From Aplysia californica (lineage: Eukaryota), in assembly GCF_000002075.1 (NCBI RefSeq), contig NW_004797271.1, positions 697,293 to 761,292 on the forward strand: a stretch of DNA of 64,000 nucleotides, read 5' to 3'. The notes beneath the pieces are model-generated. The model ran no database searches and was not told the origin of the DNA. It saw nothing but the letters and a program-made list of their open reading frames with translations. Within the stretch, counting starts at the first letter, position 1. Every line of letters starts with the position of its first letter. Below are positions 59,901 to 64,000 of the stretch, in pieces. Both the position numbers and the translations under genes were made by a program.

Positions 59901-60732
59901 GGCCTACCCACCCACCCCTCCTCCTTTCCCCCATACACACATACACTCACACATATGTACAGTTGGTACTGCCGTTGTGTTTGTGTAAAAGATAATGAGT
60001 ACATATGTACGCATAAAGGGTACATATGTACGCGTACTGATTTATGACAATTTGTGTTTGGGAGTATATCACATTCATGTATGAGTAGAAGATAGTGTGT
60101 GGAATGCATTGTACTGATGTATAATAATTTCTGGTGATGAGTGCAGCACATGTTTGTGTAGAAGGTAATGAGTACGTATGTAGGCCTGCATCTACCGACG
60201 TATAAAATCTGTGGTGGGAACTATATGTGTACATGCACTGACATTGATGAGTAATGTGTAGTTGGGAAAATATTTTTTGGGGTAATTTTTTTTTTTTCAT
60301 GTTTTTTTTGAGCGAGTGGTTTCTTAGTAGACAGCTGCGTCCTTGACATTGTCCGGTGTGTGTGGATGTGGTTGAAAGATGAACCCTAAGCAGTTGTCCT
60401 CACTTTCTTGTTAGCATCTTCTTGTCATCCTGTCTTCATCTGGTCACTGTCGTAAGAAAACTGAGTAAATTCAACTTGTTTTGCTCATCCTGTATAGATG
60501 GGTTCAATGGAGTTGCTCATTATTCCTTTGGCAGTGAGGATATACTCTTTCATTAAGCTCCTAAAGGTATTTTTGTTCATTTATTTTGTTTTTCGTTCAT
60601 TTTTCTTTCTTCCTTAGAACTGAGAAACTGGGATAGGGGTTGCTTACATTATATGTGATTGTGATTTTAGCCATTTGTCCACGATTTCTGTAATCTTGAT
60701 GAGACCTGAATAAAAGTTTAATTGTCATTCAC
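53968..60732 (+). other. SEC16A: Probable long 3' UTR of Sec16
   Basis: Continuous T/GT-rich non-coding sequence after the stop, ending at a well-formed poly(A) site. An earlier AATAAA at 56841 has weaker downstream context. Confidence 0.55.
59212..59432 (+). mobile_element. tRNA-derived SINE family C, in the putative 3' UTR. Other copies: 50712-50910, 12048-12130, 12663-12752, 43085-43170 on +; 19395-19470, 24860-25050 on -
   Basis: TGGTGTAGTGG A box; GAGTTCGATTCC B box; tail GCAGGG..GAAGCCTGCCTCCTAAATGAT...GTGTAAAACA. Confidence 0.8.
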
Positions 60733-60800
60733 ATATATGTATGTGTGTTGTTTGTTTGCTTTGTGTTGTGTGTGTCATTTGTTTGCTCTGTGTGGTGTTG
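60709..60800 (+). terminator. Polyadenylation signal AATAAA with GU-rich downstream element
   Basis: AATAAA 60709-60714, CA about 16-18 nt later, then TGTGTGTTGTTTGTTTGCTTTGTGTTGTGTGTGT. Confidence 0.7.
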
Positions 60801-62748
60801 GTGCGCTTCAACATTTCATGTTGTGTTAAAGTTGTGTTTGCGTAACATCCCTCTAGATCTTTTTCCTGTACTTAAGTCTCTATTCCGTACTTCTTTTTTT
60901 TCTCTCTGTTGTCCTACACAAAATAGATCTGATAATTATTATATACTTTTTGTACTCGTGTACCGATCTTTTCAACACAAATTTTCTTCAAGAGATAAGA
61001 GCTCATTTAACTTCTATCTTTGACAGGGCAAAGTCAAGTCGGTCGAGACTTTTGTAAACTCACCAAACAACAGACGTTCAAGAAAAGCCCATTAGGAGCT
61101 CAAATAAGGGCCTTTCGCACCATAGCTTACCATTGTGTAAGTGATTGTAGGGCGTCACTGACAGATCCTACTTCTTTTTTCTCCTTCTGTTGTTTCTGTC
61201 TATCTATCTGTCTTAAGAGGGTTGTTGGCGGGTGCTCTGGTGTGGTTTACTCCTCCTTTCCTATCAAACATCCATCGTCCTTATCTCTCCTCCTTCTTTT
61301 TTATGTTTGTTACTCTCTTGTAACATCTCTAATCTTCAGCACTTATATGACCTTATTATGTTGCAAGTGCTGTAATACTCTTACTAAAATAAAAAATAAA
61401 TCTTTTTTATATAGATCTATGTTGCTCTCTTGTAACACATCTATTCTTTGACACTTATATGGTCTTATTGTTGCAAGTGCCGTAAAGCTCTTACTAAAAC
61501 TAATCTGTCTGTCTTACTTTTTCCCTGCACTTGAATGACAGTTATTGTGTTGATGTGCATCTCAGTACTCTTACTCAAAATTCAAACATACCATCCTAAA
61601 TACTGGCGGAAGTCCCAATATGAAATCTGAAAAATTTTCAGGACTGCACAAAAGGACAACTGGTAAACGCACACTTTGTAGTCAACCGAATCTTGGGTTC
61701 CTTGTGTTGTGTGAGCAACCACAGCTTTGTAGAAAAGTTTATTTTAGCTTAGTAAGAGTTTTGTGGCGCTCGCAACTACAAAAGGCCATATGCCTTAATT
61801 TCGTTTGATGGTCAGGTTAAAAGGTTAAGATGTATGTCTTTCTTTCTCCCTCCACATGTATATGTCTTTTCGTCCCTATCTCACGCACAGATAAAAGTTT
61901 GTGTGAACAGAGGAGCAATTACAAAAGGAATTAAAAAAAAAAAATAGAGGGTTTTAAGGCGCTCACAAGTGTCAGCAGAGAAGTCTTTACAGGGAATCAG
62001 ACTTATTCTGCTCACCTCTCTAGCTTCAACAGCACAAGGTCTGCTTCGACTATCAAGGCACCTCGGAAATAGTACGTCACAAGAGAGTGACAAGCATACA
62101 AAAGAAGTAGAGGTAAATGACAATAGTAAGGATTAAGAAAGAAAAAGCAGCAGTTCCCTGTTGTAGATCTGGCACAGTTATGAGGTTGACATGAATCAGC
62201 CCATTTACAATTGTACTGTGCTTGAACGAGAAATGTCCCCCCTTTGGGAATGGCCTAAAGACACTTCAGTCAGTGGCACTGCCCCGGCTTTCCCAAGGAC
62301 ACAACGTTGGGTCTGACGCTTGAGTGAACTTGCAACCTCATGATAATGAATCTGGTAGACTGCCGATGCCTATACTGAAGACGTGAAACAAATAACATAT
62401 TTTTAACGCTCCAATGGTTAGAAACCTGACTAGGGGAAATAAAAACCACAACAGTGTATTGAGCATGAGAAGTTGGTCCAGCTTTACTTTGCTTTTTGGT
62501 TTTAGATTTAGAGAGAGTTTTACGGCATTTGCGACACAAGCATGTCACTTAAGTGCTGAAGATTAGAGATGTTACACATAAAAGAAACATACACAAAAAA
62601 GGAGGGATAAGAATGATGGATATCTGTTAGGAAAGAAAGAGCAAATCACACTAGAGCACCCGCCAACCACACACTACTTTGCTTTTAAATATTTTAATTA
62701 TAATTAAAGGTCTTATAAAAATGCAAACAATCTGATGAAATCATATTT

Positions 62749-64000
62749 TTTATTAAGTGATAAAAACAAATCATTATTAAATATTTACATACCAATGTAC
62801 AAGTTAATCAATACATACTATGTAAGTATATTACATTGACATCATAATATGAACAAGCAGGAATTTGTCTTCACATAGAGATTATATGTAAGGTTGATAT
62901 ACCACAGCTGCTCACCAAAAGTCTGCAATGCACTATCATAACTTCCAACAGATATGATAAACTATGAACAATATTGAAATAAAACTCTCTGATCCCCACC
63001 AAACAATCAGAATTGAGATGTAAGGACACTATGCTTATGGTAGAACTAACGTATACCATGGCAGTATTAGGATGGAATTTTGACTATTCTAGGACTATAC
63101 TGGAAGTACAACAGAACAAAACATTCTTCATCCACACCCTTCACCCCCACCCCCCACCATTTTTTTTTAAAAAGAAAAACAAGCATTGTCTCCCGGCCAG
63201 TCATTTCTGTAGATGATGATGTGTTGCAAACAACTTTTGCTTTTCATCCATTCTAACAGCCAAGAAAAAGGAAATAGGCAAAATATATATCATTTTTATA
63301 ATACACACATATAGTTTGTTTGTTTTAGTAGGTTTTACGGCGCTCACAACTGCATAAGGTTATATGAGTGCCAAACATATAGTTTAAACATGTGCTCCAC
63401 CAACAGAAAACGCAGCCAAGCTGTACTAAATGTCTTCCTGAGAATAAAGCTCAAGTAAATTTGCAGGCAGCTCCAAGTATAAGCTGCATGCAGTTCAATC
63501 CGATTTGGTTCTAATCTACATTTACAGACAGAGTTTACACCACATACAGGGCTCCGAGACAGGGAATATGGCAAAGTAACTAAAATAGCTAAGCCCAACT
63601 GATTAACACTGCAGGAAAAGCTGTATAAGCCAACAGTAGAACTGAACAGGATGGCCCAGAATATGATAGATACTGCACCAAGTGTGATGCGATTGGGAAG
63701 AAAATGGATATATACACCCTTTTTCATTTCAATTCTAATCCCAAGTTTTATTTCCATTATCCACTGTAAACCAATAGATACCGCAACAAGTGTGACACTA
63801 TTGGGAAGAAAAAGGTTTATACACCCTTTTTCATTTCAATTTTAATCCAAGTTTTATTGCTAATTCATTTACTGATGGAACACAAACTTCTTTTCAATCC
63901 AACTCCAAGTTCTAATGTAAGTACTGGTAAGCACATTTTGTATTACAAATTACACTTTCATTTTCTTTGCTTGAATAGTAACGGCTGAAGGGAATACAAC
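62749..64000 (-). other. Possible 3' end (3' UTR) of a convergent neighbouring gene
   Basis: Minus-strand AATAAA at 62754-62749 with a U-rich downstream element; composition switches from T/G-rich to A/C-rich on the + strand; no coding exon seen. Confidence 0.4.

Overview
Animal genomic DNA: AT-rich, microsatellite- and SINE-laden, with 5 assembly gaps. The repeat content suggests a gastropod mollusc (inference). Most of the window holds one + strand gene, Sec16 (SEC16A orthologue; COPII/ER-exit-site scaffold). I assembled it by hand into 30 coding exons (7550-53967) with GT-AG introns and consistent phases: 6891 nt, 2296 aa. A probable 3' UTR of up to ~6.7 kb ends near AATAAA 60709. Introns and flanks carry non-autonomous DNA transposons, several with clean TSDs (Mutator/Foldback-like, hAT, piggyBac-like, Tc1/mariner-like). 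They also carry tRNA-derived SINEs, two abundant short retroposon families with no tRNA head and a strong sense-strand bias, RTE LINE fragments and many minisatellites. The most unusual pattern is that exon-intron junctions are repeatedly duplicated, by tandem repeats or a SINE target-site duplication, creating arrays of spare splice sites. Most short ORFs in the supplied track are noise. Family assignments rest on recalled motifs; no database searches were run.
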